Part shown: positions 25,942 through 35,581 of the stretch, in pieces | How positions within the stretch are numbered: position 1 is the stretch's first letter | Layout: the number at the start of each line of letters is the position of its first letter | NCBI GenBank assembly: GCA_029007115.1 | Contig: JAQXHG010000048.1 | Location: 1 to 62,160, forward strand | Direction: 5' to 3' | DNA length: 62,160 bases | Origin: a bacterium | GTDB taxonomy: Bacteria; Bacillota_I; Bacilli_A; RF39; UBA660 | Made by a program: the position numbers and the translations under genes | The notes under the pieces: model-generated | What the model was told of the DNA's origin: nothing | The model's database searches: none | The model's input: only the letters and a program-made list of their open reading frames with translations

Positions 25942-27118
25942 TTTTATATTATTTTTTTTGATTAGTATAAATTTTGTTAATGCAACTGAGGTTGATGTAA
26001 TTAGTGAAAAATATATATTATATAATATGAATGAGGGTGTTATCTTAGATGAGAAAGATGCATATAGTGAAACTTATATTGCTAGTTTGACTAAGATAAT
26101 GTCTGTGATAGTTGCACTTGAGAATATTGATGATTATGAAAAAAAAGTAACTATTACAAGTGATATGCTTAAAGATATTGATTGGGATGTTGCAGTGACT
26201 GGTTTTAGTATTAATCAAGAAGTCACTTATAATGATTTATTATATGGAGCAATATTATCTAGTGGAGCAGATTCTATTAATGCGCTTGGATATTCTATAG
26301 CGGGAAACATGGATGAATTTGTTAAATTAATGAATAATAAGGTTAAAGAATTAGGTCTTAAAAATACTAAGTTTGCTAATGCTATTGGTTTGTATGATGA
26401 AAATAATTATAGTAGTGCATATGATGTTGCTCAAATATTAATCTATTCATTAAAGAATAAAAAATTTAAAGAAATATTTGAAACTAAAGAATATAAATTA
26501 AGTAGTGGTAAAGATATAAAAAGTACTTTATACTATTATAATAAGAATAGTGATATAAATGTTGAATATATAAAAGGAGCAAAAACAGGTTATATTAATG
26601 CTTCTGGTTATTGTCTTGCATCAACAGCAACAATAAATAATGTAGATTATTTACTTGTAACATTAAATGCAAGAGGTTCTACACAAAATAATCACATTTT
26701 AGATAGTACAAAAATATATGATTATTTTTCAAGTAATTATAGTTATCAAAATATAGTTAGTAGGGATGATATTGTTGTTAATCTTAACACTAAATATGCA
26801 AAAGAAAAAAATATCAATATTAAGTCTGGAGTAAATATAGATAAATATTTAAAAAATGGATTTGATAAAACTAAATTGAAGTATGAATATAATGGTATTT
26901 CTAAAATTGATGCAACTACTAAGATTGGCACTAAAATAGGAACTATTAAAGTAATATATAATGATGAAGTATTAGATGAATTTGATTTACTATTTAATGA
27001 AAAATTAACTTTAAGCGTTTTAGGAATTATGTATAAAAATAATTTTTTAATTATTGCTTGTATTTTATTAATAATATTATTTAGTTTACCTAGTAAAAAG
27101 AAGCGTAAAAGAAAATAA
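25922..27118 (+). CDS. Serine-type D-Ala-D-Ala carboxypeptidase (S11) with a C-terminal beta domain and TM anchor
   Basis: Signal peptide; ASLTK (SxxK), SGAD (SxN-like) and KTGY motifs; C-terminal hydrophobic helix + KKKRKRK. Confidence 0.8.
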   Translation: MVKKIISFILFFLISINFVNATEVDVISEKYILYNMNEGVILDEKDAYSETYIASLTKIMSVIVALENIDDYEKKVTITSDMLKDIDWDVAVTGFSINQEVTYNDLLYGAILSSGADSINALGYSIAGNMDEFVKLMNNKVKELGLKNTKFANAIGLYDENNYSSAYDVAQILIYSLKNKKFKEIFETKEYKLSSGKDIKSTLYYYNKNSDINVEYIKGAKTGYINASGYCLASTATINNVDYLLVTLNARGSTQNNHILDSTKIYDYFSSNYSYQNIVSRDDIVVNLNTKYAKEKNINIKSGVNIDKYLKNGFDKTKLKYEYNGISKIDATTKIGTKIGTIKVIYNDEVLDEFDLLFNEKLTLSVLGIMYKNNFLIIACILLIILFSLPSKKKRKRK

Positions 27119-27281
27119 ACGCTTCTTTATTTTATTTATATAAAAATGTAAATATAAAATATTTTAAAAAAGATTTACATATTATTTACATATATTATTG
27201 ATTTGATTTGCTCAAATGTTTATAATGAGTATGAAGGTAGTAAGCGTAAGACGTGATGATTACTAAGTGAAGGAGGGTTGT

Positions 27282-28898
27282 ATGAAAAACGTTGACGAGA
27301 AGAGCAGCAAAACATCTAATATTACTAAGAAAACTAATCATAAAAATACTCAAAATAAAGCAAAAGATGTTGAAGCTGTTAAACCAGAAAAAATTGTACA
27401 AGATGAAGGCGTGCGTGTAAAAGAAATTAAAGTTACGACTATTGATGATGATTTTTTAGAAGAGGATGAAGATAAAAAACTTATAGTAGTAATCGCAATA
27501 GCAATTTTAATTATTATGGCTACTATTGTTGGTCTTTTAGTAGGTTGTGAAAAGAAAGAACTAGAGGAACCAGAAAAGCCAAATGATGATGTAGTTTTAC
27601 CAATAGAGGATGATACTACAGAGGAAGAAGAGCCAAAAGAAATTGTTAAAAAAGTAACAGTAAAGACAGAAGATAAGGAAGAACCAACAACTACAATTAA
27701 TTATTATAGTGTTAAATTTATGTTAATGGATGGTACTTTTAAATACTTAGAAGTAGAAGAAAATTCATTAATTAGTAAATTTGTACCAACTGGATATAAT
27801 TATTGTACATATTATTCTGATAAAGAATTAACTAGTGAGTTTAATTTTAAAAATAGAATTAATGAAGATACAATTATTTATACAGTGTGTTCAGCAGATA
27901 ATTATACTATAGAATATAATGTTGATACTACTAATCCAACTTTATATAATTCTAGTTTAGGAACTATTGTTTTAGATGATGCAATAAGTTTAGAACAATT
28001 ACCATTTTTAGGTTGGTATTTAGATAGTGAATTTACTAGTGAAGAAGTAAGTGAATTATCTACTAAATTACTTGAATATGCAGATGAGAATAAAGTTATT
28101 AAATTATATGCTAAATTTGGTATATTAAATATTTCATATTATAACCAAGATGAAGAGTTATTATTAACAGATGAATATTTTGGCTCATATACAATAAATG
28201 AAGAAGTAAGAGGAGCATGTAGTGAAAGTAATTTCTTAGGATGGTCTACTAATAAAGATAGCAAAGTAATTAATTATAAAGGTGGAGAAAGCATTAATAA
28301 ATTAAGAGAAGACTTAAATTTATATCCTGTTTGTGGAAGTGCAACTGTAATTTATACAAGCGAAGGAAATTCTGTAAGTGTTGGTTATACTACAGAAGAC
28401 TTAATTGAGTACAATTTACCACAACCAAGTGAAGTAGAAATTGATACTCCAACTTATGTGATTCCAGTTGAAGAAGCAACAGATAGTAGTAAAAAAGTAG
28501 TTCCAGATGAGGCTATTGAAATACTTGAAAATGAAATTAAACTTCAAGATGCTAAAGATAAAGCAGGAAGTAATTATATACCTGAAGTTGGAGATTATGT
28601 TGAAGAGCATAATAAAGTTTTCGTAGGATGGGTTGAGAAAGAAGAAACATTAGAAGAAATTATTGATGATAATGTAATAGAAGATGGAGTAATCACAGAA
28701 GAGCCTATTATTCCTGATGTAGAAGTATTACCGGATGATTATGTTCCAGAAGATAATAAAACAACAGAATTAGAAGCTATATGGAGAGAACAAACAGAAG
28801 AAGAATTATTATCAGGAGAATATGACTCAGAGGAAATAGAAACTGAAGAACCTGATTTAGAAAATCAAGATTCAATTGAAGTAATTCCAGAATTATAA
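27282..28898 (+). CDS. Acidic membrane-anchored surface protein with InlB-B / Listeria-Bacteroides-type repeats
   Basis: AAGGAGGG lies upstream of ATG 27282. One TM (LIVVIAIAILIIMATIVGLLVG), then recurring modules ending in F[LV]GW (FLGWYLDSEF, FLGWSTNKDS, FVGWVEKEE). Confidence 0.55.
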   Translation: MKNVDEKSSKTSNITKKTNHKNTQNKAKDVEAVKPEKIVQDEGVRVKEIKVTTIDDDFLEEDEDKKLIVVIAIAILIIMATIVGLLVGCEKKELEEPEKPNDDVVLPIEDDTTEEEEPKEIVKKVTVKTEDKEEPTTTINYYSVKFMLMDGTFKYLEVEENSLISKFVPTGYNYCTYYSDKELTSEFNFKNRINEDTIIYTVCSADNYTIEYNVDTTNPTLYNSSLGTIVLDDAISLEQLPFLGWYLDSEFTSEEVSELSTKLLEYADENKVIKLYAKFGILNISYYNQDEELLLTDEYFGSYTINEEVRGACSESNFLGWSTNKDSKVINYKGGESINKLREDLNLYPVCGSATVIYTSEGNSVSVGYTTEDLIEYNLPQPSEVEIDTPTYVIPVEEATDSSKKVVPDEAIEILENEIKLQDAKDKAGSNYIPEVGDYVEEHNKVFVGWVEKEETLEEIIDDNVIEDGVITEEPIIPDVEVLPDDYVPEDNKTTELEAIWREQTEEELLSGEYDSEEIETEEPDLENQDSIEVIPEL

Positions 28899-28920
28899 AA
28901 AGCACTAAAAAGTGCTTTTT
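28897..28920 (+). terminator. Rho-independent terminator
   Basis: AAAAGCAC-loop-GTGCTTTTT. Confidence 0.75.
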
Positions 28921-28967
28921 ATCTATGAAAAAATATATATTAATGATAAAATAATGTTGAGGTAATT

Positions 28968-29603
28968 ATGGAAATACAACTAGGAAATAAAATATTTAAT
29001 GTATATATAGTTAGAAAGAATAATAAGAATATGTATCTTAGAGTTAAAGAGGATGGAATACATATTTCTTGTAATTATTTTGTTACTAAATCAATGATAA
29101 CTTCTTTTATAAAGAGTAATGAAGATGCAATTATTGAAGCAAGTAATAGATTAGAAGTTAAATCTAAAAAGAAAGAAGAGTTTTATTATCTTGGTAATAA
29201 ATATGATGTTATAATATTAAATACTGTTTCAAAAATTGAGTTTTCAAATGATAAAGTATTTGTAAAAAATAAAACTTATTTAGATACTTTTTTAAAAAAT
29301 GAAGCTAAAAGAATATTTAATGATAGAGTAGAAGTATGTTATAATTTATTTGAAGAAAGAATTCCTTATCCTGATATATTAATTGGCAAGATGACTAGAA
29401 AATGGGGATATTGTAATAAAGCAAAAAAACTTATAAAACTTAATTTTGAACTTATAAAATATAGTATTAATGAAATTGATTATGTTATTATACATGAACT
29501 ATGTCATTTTCTTGAATTTAATCATTCTAAAAAGTTCTGGTATTATGTAAAAAAATATAAACCTGATTATAAAGAAGCACAAAAAGTACTTAAGGAGGAG
29601 TAA
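28968..29603 (+). CDS. YgjP-like (DUF45 / M48-related) metal-dependent hydrolase
   Basis: HELCHFLEFNHSKKFW is the HExxH..NHS..FW motif typical of the family. Confidence 0.7.
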   Translation: MEIQLGNKIFNVYIVRKNNKNMYLRVKEDGIHISCNYFVTKSMITSFIKSNEDAIIEASNRLEVKSKKKEEFYYLGNKYDVIILNTVSKIEFSNDKVFVKNKTYLDTFLKNEAKRIFNDRVEVCYNLFEERIPYPDILIGKMTRKWGYCNKAKKLIKLNFELIKYSINEIDYVIIHELCHFLEFNHSKKFWYYVKKYKPDYKEAQKVLKEE

Positions 29604-29604
29604 A

Positions 29605-30333
29605 ATGTTAATTACATCTAAAGATAATAGTAGAATAAAAGAAATAAGAAAATTATTAAATAAAAAGTATTCTATAGAAAAAGGATTATTTGTAATTGAA
29701 GGAGAAAATTTAGTTGAAGAGGCTATTAAAAGTAATTTATTAGTTGAATTATATGTACTTGATGGAACTTCTTGTAAATATAATTTTAAGTACGATAATA
29801 TAACTTTAGATGTGATGAAAAGTATCAGTGATTTAAAAAGTACTCCTAGATTAATTGGAGTATCAAAATATATTAATAAAAATAATTTAGGTAATAAGAT
29901 TGTTTTATTAGATGGTGTGCAAGATCCAGGAAATGCTGGTACAATTATAAGAAATTGTGTTGCTTTTGGAGTAGATACTATAGTATTTTCTAAAGATAGT
30001 GTTAGTCCATATAATGAAAAAGTATTAAGAAGTACTGGTGGAATGATATATAATATTAATATTATTATTGATGAAATAGAAAATATAGTAAAGAAAATAA
30101 AAGAAAAAAATATTAAACTAATTGGAACTTCACTTTCTTTATCAAAAGAATTAGAACAAATAGAAAAGTCTGAAGAGTATGCTATAATATTTGGTAATGA
30201 AGGTAATGGTGTTAGTAAGAAAATATTAGATTTATGTGATGATATAGTAAGAATAGATATGGAAAATAAGTGTGAAAGTTTAAATGTTGGAGTATCTAGT
30301 GGAATAATTCTATATTATATGTATAAGAGGTAA
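29605..30333 (+). CDS. TrmH/SpoU-family RNA 2'-O-methyltransferase
   Basis: The three SpoU motifs are present: LDGVQDPGNAGTIIRN, IFGNEGNGVS and ESLNVGVSSGIILY. Confidence 0.85.
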   Translation: MLITSKDNSRIKEIRKLLNKKYSIEKGLFVIEGENLVEEAIKSNLLVELYVLDGTSCKYNFKYDNITLDVMKSISDLKSTPRLIGVSKYINKNNLGNKIVLLDGVQDPGNAGTIIRNCVAFGVDTIVFSKDSVSPYNEKVLRSTGGMIYNINIIIDEIENIVKKIKEKNIKLIGTSLSLSKELEQIEKSEEYAIIFGNEGNGVSKKILDLCDDIVRIDMENKCESLNVGVSSGIILYYMYKR

Positions 30334-30336
30334 TTT

Positions 30337-30816
30337 ATGGTATATATTAAAATTGGTAAGATTGTTAATACTCATGCTCTTAAGGGAGAGGTAAGATTAA
30401 TAAGTAATTTTGAATATAAAGATAGGGTATTTAAAGTAGGAAATATATTATATGTAGGGCAGTTAAAAACTCCACTTGAAATAGAAAGTTATAGGGTTCA
30501 TAAGCAATTTGATATGGTTAAATTTGTTGGAATAGATTATATTAATGATGTATTAAAATATAAAGGAAGTAATGTTTATTTTAATGAAGATGATTTAAAT
30601 TTAAATGATAATGAATTATTAAATAGTGACTTTCCTTTAATGGAGTTATATAATGACAAGTCTTATGTTGGTAAGATAGAGGAATATAGATGTGATAATG
30701 GAAATGAAATGATAAGGGTTAATGGTAAATATATTCCTTATAATAAAGATTTTATTGAAAGAATAGATAAAGCAAATAAAAAAATATATATGCATGATAT
30801 AGGGGTGTTTTTATGA
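30337..30816 (+). CDS. rimM: 16S rRNA processing protein RimM
   Basis: IGKIVNTHALKGEVRL N-terminal signature. Sits immediately upstream of and overlapping trmD. Confidence 0.8.
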   Translation: MVYIKIGKIVNTHALKGEVRLISNFEYKDRVFKVGNILYVGQLKTPLEIESYRVHKQFDMVKFVGIDYINDVLKYKGSNVYFNEDDLNLNDNELLNSDFPLMELYNDKSYVGKIEEYRCDNGNEMIRVNGKYIPYNKDFIERIDKANKKIYMHDIGVFL

Positions 30817-31472
30817 GAATAGATATATTAACTTTATTTCCTGGTATGTTTGATGGTTTTAAAACAGAAAGTATTATAAAAAGAGCTATAGAAAAAGAAA
30901 AAGTACAAATAAATATTATTGATATACGAAAGTATACACCATATAAAAACAATCAGGTTGATGATTATCAATATGGTGGTGGTGGTGGGATGATATTGAT
31001 GTGTGAACCTGTATTTAATGCAGTTGAGAGTATTAAAACAGAAGAATCACATATTATATTATTAAGTCCAAGAGGAAAAACATTTAATCAAAGTAAAGCA
31101 TATGAACTTACAAATAAGAAACATTTAATAATTATATGTGGTCATTATGAGGGGTTTGATGAGAGAATATATTCTTTATGTGATGAAGTAATATCCATTG
31201 GTAATTTTATATTGACCGGTGGAGAATTACCTGCGATGATGATAAGTGATGCGGTTATTAGATTATTAGATGGAGTAATAAGCCAAACAAGTTTAGCTTA
31301 TGAAAGTTTTAATGATAATTTACTTGATTATCCTGTATATACAAAGCCAAGAGAATTTAGAGGCATGAATGTACCAGATGTATTATTAAGTGGTAATCAT
31401 AAATTAATAAATGAATATAGAGATAGTGAAAGAAAAAGAATAACTAAGGAATATAGAGATGATTTATTATAA
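30813..31472 (+). CDS. trmD: tRNA (guanine37-N1)-methyltransferase TrmD
   Basis: MRIDILTLFPGMF..., YGGGGGM and GHYEGFDERI motifs. Confidence 0.9.
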   Translation: MRIDILTLFPGMFDGFKTESIIKRAIEKEKVQINIIDIRKYTPYKNNQVDDYQYGGGGGMILMCEPVFNAVESIKTEESHIILLSPRGKTFNQSKAYELTNKKHLIIICGHYEGFDERIYSLCDEVISIGNFILTGGELPAMMISDAVIRLLDGVISQTSLAYESFNDNLLDYPVYTKPREFRGMNVPDVLLSGNHKLINEYRDSERKRITKEYRDDLL

Positions 31473-31484
31473 GGTGGGTTATAT

Positions 31485-31940
31485 ATGAAATTTAAATTGG
31501 AAAAGATTAAAGATAATATGAAATTGTCTTATTACAAAGTTAATATTAGTGGTCTAAAAGTACAACCAATAAATAAGGTATCAGGTCAAAGTATTAAAGC
31601 AAATGAAATTACAATAGTTGATAATAGTCTTATAAATTCATATATTAAGCAAAGAATAAATAAAAAGATGAATAAAATAGTTGATTTTATGGTTAATATT
31701 ATTAATGATAATGATAGTGATGATGATAGTGGTATGGTTCTTGATGAAGTGAATAGGTTGAAAGGTATTATTGAAAAAAAATATAAAGAGTTTTTAGTTA
31801 TTAGTGATTATAGAAATTATATGAATAAGCTTAATATTATTGAAGAAGAGTTTCAAAGAAATTATAGACAAAAGATGTATATGAATTATTTAAGTGGAAG
31901 TTATTATGAAGAAGAATTAAGTAGTGGTAGATCAAGATAA
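31485..31940 (+). CDS. Hypothetical protein
   Basis: 151-codon frame with GGTGGG upstream and no motif. Confidence 0.4.
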   Translation: MKFKLEKIKDNMKLSYYKVNISGLKVQPINKVSGQSIKANEITIVDNSLINSYIKQRINKKMNKIVDFMVNIINDNDSDDDSGMVLDEVNRLKGIIEKKYKEFLVISDYRNYMNKLNIIEEEFQRNYRQKMYMNYLSGSYYEEELSSGRSR

Positions 31941-31960
31941 ATAAAAGGAGAAAAATCATT

Positions 31961-32434
31961 ATGGATGTGTTTAGTGATGAATATTTAAATTGGATAGAAA
32001 AAATTACTATTAAAAAAGGATCAATAAATGATAGAGAAAATGATGATTTTGCTCCTTTTTTAAAAGACTTTTATTATAGGATACATGATTATTATGAAGA
32101 AAATTATGTGTTTAGTATTGATTCTTCATGCAATATCTTTAGCTTTAATTATAATGGAAGATGTTACCTTATAGGTGAAACATATGATAGTGATAATGAT
32201 TCATTTATTTATAGTCTGACACAAATGCATATTATAGGTGAAATGGATCATAATTATGATATAGAAAGTATAAGAAATAATATAGTACCATCTTATCAAT
32301 TAGAATTGAAAAATAGGCTGAATATGATTAAAAGTTGTATTAATGATTTACAAAATATGGGAGTTCCTTTAATGAAAGTTTATGGTGAAACATATAGTTA
32401 TGTTCTAAAATTAATGAAAAGAGATAATAATTAG
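31961..32434 (+). CDS. Hypothetical protein
   Basis: 157-codon frame with AAGGAG upstream and no motif. Confidence 0.4.
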   Translation: MDVFSDEYLNWIEKITIKKGSINDRENDDFAPFLKDFYYRIHDYYEENYVFSIDSSCNIFSFNYNGRCYLIGETYDSDNDSFIYSLTQMHIIGEMDHNYDIESIRNNIVPSYQLELKNRLNMIKSCINDLQNMGVPLMKVYGETYSYVLKLMKRDNN

Positions 32435-32499
32435 TTTTCTTATATAGCTTAAATATAATATTTTTATGAAAAAAAATTAATTTTTTTAGTAAAAAAGTG

Positions 32500-32528
32500 T
32501 TGCAAAATAGTATAAAATGTTATACAAT
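32500..32528 (+). promoter_or_regulatory. Promoter of tRNA-Ile/tRNA-Glu
   Basis: TTGCAA (32500-32505), 17-bp spacer, TACAAT (32523-32528). Confidence 0.6.
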
Positions 32529-32559
32529 GATGAAGAAAGCCGAAAGAAAGGCTTAAAAT

Positions 32560-32636
32560 GGGCTTGTAGCTCAGTTGGTTAGAGCGTTCGTCTGATAAGC
32601 GAAAGGTCGATGGTTCAAGTCCATTCAGGCCCACCA
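32560..32636 (+). tRNA. tRNA-Ile (GAT)
   Basis: Acceptor GGGCTTG/CAGGCCC, anticodon loop CTGATAA, encoded CCA. Confidence 0.9.
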
Positions 32637-32644
32637 TTATTAAT

Positions 32645-32720
32645 GGCCCGTTGGTGAAACGGTTAACACACACGCCTTTCACGCGTGCATTTATGGGTTC
32701 AAATCCCGTACGGGTCACCA
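32645..32720 (+). tRNA. tRNA-Glu (TTC)
   Basis: Acceptor GGCCCGT/ACGGGTC, anticodon loop CTTTCAC, encoded CCA. Confidence 0.9.
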
Positions 32721-32733
32721 TTTTAATTATAAT

Positions 32734-32753
32734 ATCTCGATTGCGAGATTTTT
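32734..32753 (+). terminator. Rho-independent terminator
   Basis: ATCTCG-ATTG-CGAGAT followed by TTTT. Confidence 0.7.
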
Positions 32754-32869
32754 AATCCTCTAAAAGGGATTATTTTTTTTACAATAAATTATGTTTATTA
32801 TTCTAGCTAGACATTGAAAAAAAATAATAATTATAGTATTATATTATTTAGAATAGGAGAGGTTGGTAT

Positions 32870-33601
32870 ATGTTTACAACATCAAATAAAGTTGTAACAA
32901 TTATTATCATAGTGTGGGCACTTACACTTGGTAGATCACTAATTATCATGTGTGGTGGTAATAAATTATTTGATAAAGCGCTAAAAGGTGGAAAAACTGC
33001 TTTTGTTCCAATTATCAACTTATTTGTTATGCTTGAAATTGCTGATATATCAACATTCCTTGGAATACTTTTATTCATTCCTATAGTTAATATAATTATA
33101 TTATTATTAATGTCTTATAAAATAGGTAAAGTTTTTGAAAAGTCTTCAAGTTTTACATTAGGACTAATGTTTTTACCATTTATATTTTATCCTATATTAT
33201 TTAAAAGTGATTTAAAATATAAATATAGAGATGAGAATTATTTTCTTGCATTAGATAGTGCAAGAGCAGATAGTATCAATCTTATGACTGAAGATGAGGT
33301 ACAAAAACTAAATAATTATGAAGCACCACCAGAACCACAAGTTGACTCAATATTTAAAAGTCAAATTGATATGATTGATCCAGTTGCGACTTATAAGGCA
33401 AATAAAATAGATAATGAAACACTTGATAAAATGGATAAGTTAGATTTTAATGATAATACTTTTGCTCCGATTGAAAGAGTTGAGCAAGATAATCCTATAT
33501 ATCAAAATACTTCTACTACACAAAATGAAGAAGTGAAATCTAGTAATATGTTTACAAGTGAGCTTGAGAAAGAGGATGAAGTTGAATTTATTGACTTGTA
33601 A
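32870..33601 (+). CDS. DUF5684-like multi-pass membrane protein with an acidic C-terminal tail
   Basis: GGAGAGG upstream. The pattern KALKGGKTAFVPIINLFVMLEI...LLFIPIVNIIILLL...GLMFLPFIFYPIL is typical of that family. Confidence 0.5.
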   Translation: MFTTSNKVVTIIIIVWALTLGRSLIIMCGGNKLFDKALKGGKTAFVPIINLFVMLEIADISTFLGILLFIPIVNIIILLLMSYKIGKVFEKSSSFTLGLMFLPFIFYPILFKSDLKYKYRDENYFLALDSARADSINLMTEDEVQKLNNYEAPPEPQVDSIFKSQIDMIDPVATYKANKIDNETLDKMDKLDFNDNTFAPIERVEQDNPIYQNTSTTQNEEVKSSNMFTSELEKEDEVEFIDL

Positions 33602-33627
33602 AGTGTAAAGTAATGTTTACACTTTTT
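33601..33627 (+). terminator. Rho-independent terminator
   Basis: AAGTGTAAA-loop-TTTACACTT followed by T run. Confidence 0.75.
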
Positions 33628-33669
33628 ATTTTATTTTGTATAATATTTATGAAGAATTAGGTGATGTTA

Positions 33670-35571
33670 ATGACGGATTATAATGAGAAATCTATAAAAA
33701 TATTAGAAGGATTAGATGCGGTTAGAAAAAGACCGGGTATGTATATTGGCTCTACTGATAAAAGAGGTCTTCATCATTTAGTGTGGGAAATTGTAGATAA
33801 CTCTATTGATGAAGCAATAAATGGTTATGGTAATAAGATATCTGTTACATTAACAAAACAAGGTAGTGTAATAGTACAAGATCATGGTCGTGGAGTACCA
33901 ACAGGTAAACACTCATCTGGAAAGTCCACTCCTGAGGTTATATATACAGTATTACATGCTGGTGGTAAGTTTGAAAATTCAGGATATAAAGTATCTGGTG
34001 GTCTTCATGGTGTTGGTTCATCTGTTGTAAATGCATTATCAGAATGGATGAAAGTAACTATTTGTAGAGATGGAAAAATTCACGAAATTAAATTTAAAAA
34101 TGGTGGTCATGTTGAAAGTCCATTAAAACAAATAGGAGTCTCTCGTGAAACAGGTACTACTGTTGAATTTTATCCAGATAGAGAAATATTTGGTAATGCT
34201 AGATTTAGTTATACGACAATATGTGAGAGAATGCAAGAAAGCGCTTTTCTAATAAATGGACTTACTATGGAAGTTATTGATGAAGAAGATGATAAAAAAA
34301 GTGTATTTTGTTATGAAAATGGTCTTGTATCTTTTGTTGAATATATTAATGAAAATAAAGAAATATTAACTAAAGTTATTAGTTTTAGTGGGGAGAAAAA
34401 TGGTATTGTTGTAGATATCGCAATGCAATATAATACAGATTATAATGAAAATATTATGTCTTTTGTTAATAATGTAAAAACTAGTGATGGCGGTACACAT
34501 GAAGTAGGATTTAAAACCGCTTTAACAAAAGTATTTAATGAGTATATAAAAGAATTTAATTTATTAAAAGGAAAAGATAGCATTGATGGTAGTGATGCTA
34601 GAGAGGGAATAAGTGCAGTAATTAGTCTTAAAATACCTGAGAGTCTACTTCAATTTGAAGGTCAAACAAAAGGTAAACTTGGAACTCCTCAAGCAAAGAC
34701 AGTTGTTGAAAATATTGTTTATGATAAACTTTCATATTTCTTAAAAGAAAATAAAGATACAGCTACTTTAATAATGGACAAAGTATTAAAGAGTAAACTT
34801 GCTCGTGAAGCAGCTAGAAAAGCAAGAGCAGAAGCAAGAGATGGAAAAAATAAATCAAAATTAGAAAAAAATCTTTCTGGAAAATTAGCTCCAGCTCAAG
34901 GAAAAAATCCAAAAATAAATGAATTATTTTTAGTTGAGGGAGACTCAGCAGGTGGTTCTGCTAAGGGTGGAAGAGATAGAAAATTTCAAGCAATATTACC
35001 CCTTCGTGGTAAAGTATTAAATACTAGTAAAGCTAGTGTTGAAGAAGTATATAAAAATGAAGAATTAAATACTATGATTTATACTATTGGAGCTGGTGTT
35101 GGTTCTAATTTTGATATTAATGAATCTAATTATGATAAAGTAATTATAATGACAGATGCTGATGTTGATGGAGCACATATTCAAATATTACTATTAACTT
35201 TTTTCTATCATTATATGAGACCATTAATTGAAAATGGAAAACTATTTATAGCATTACCTCCACTTTATAAAATAGAATATGGTAAGAAAAGATATTATGC
35301 ATATAGTGATGATGAGTTAAACGATATAAAAGCTCAAAATTCAGGTAAATGTTCTATTCAAAGATATAAAGGTTTAGGTGAAATGAATGCTGAGCAGTTA
35401 TGGGAAACTACAATGAATCCTGAAACTAGAAGTTTAATTAGAGTAAACATAAATGATGCAGTGCTTGCTGAAAAAAGAGTAAGCGTGCTTATGGGAGATA
35501 AAGTTGATCCAAGAAAAGAATGGATTGATGAAAATGTTGAGTTTACTATGGAAGATGATTATAGGAATTAG
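33670..35571 (+). CDS. parE: DNA topoisomerase IV subunit B
   Basis: GHKL ATPase motifs (LEGLDAVRKRPGMYIGST, LHHLVWEIVDNSIDEA) and Toprim motifs (EGDSAGG, DADVDGAHI). Called parE because its partner has ParC signatures. Start taken at ATG 33670, behind AGGTG; GTG 33661 and ATG 33664 are also possible. Confidence 0.75.
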   Translation: MTDYNEKSIKILEGLDAVRKRPGMYIGSTDKRGLHHLVWEIVDNSIDEAINGYGNKISVTLTKQGSVIVQDHGRGVPTGKHSSGKSTPEVIYTVLHAGGKFENSGYKVSGGLHGVGSSVVNALSEWMKVTICRDGKIHEIKFKNGGHVESPLKQIGVSRETGTTVEFYPDREIFGNARFSYTTICERMQESAFLINGLTMEVIDEEDDKKSVFCYENGLVSFVEYINENKEILTKVISFSGEKNGIVVDIAMQYNTDYNENIMSFVNNVKTSDGGTHEVGFKTALTKVFNEYIKEFNLLKGKDSIDGSDAREGISAVISLKIPESLLQFEGQTKGKLGTPQAKTVVENIVYDKLSYFLKENKDTATLIMDKVLKSKLAREAARKARAEARDGKNKSKLEKNLSGKLAPAQGKNPKINELFLVEGDSAGGSAKGGRDRKFQAILPLRGKVLNTSKASVEEVYKNEELNTMIYTIGAGVGSNFDINESNYDKVIIMTDADVDGAHIQILLLTFFYHYMRPLIENGKLFIALPPLYKIEYGKKRYYAYSDDELNDIKAQNSGKCSIQRYKGLGEMNAEQLWETTMNPETRSLIRVNINDAVLAEKRVSVLMGDKVDPRKEWIDENVEFTMEDDYRN

Positions 35572-35581
35572 TAGGTGAGTT

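Noticed and set aside
32754-32790. Second hairpin-like sequence after the tRNA-Glu terminator (AATCCTCTAAAAGGGATT + T run).
   Set aside because: The stem is short and contains a mismatch. It is redundant with the clear terminator at 32734-32753.
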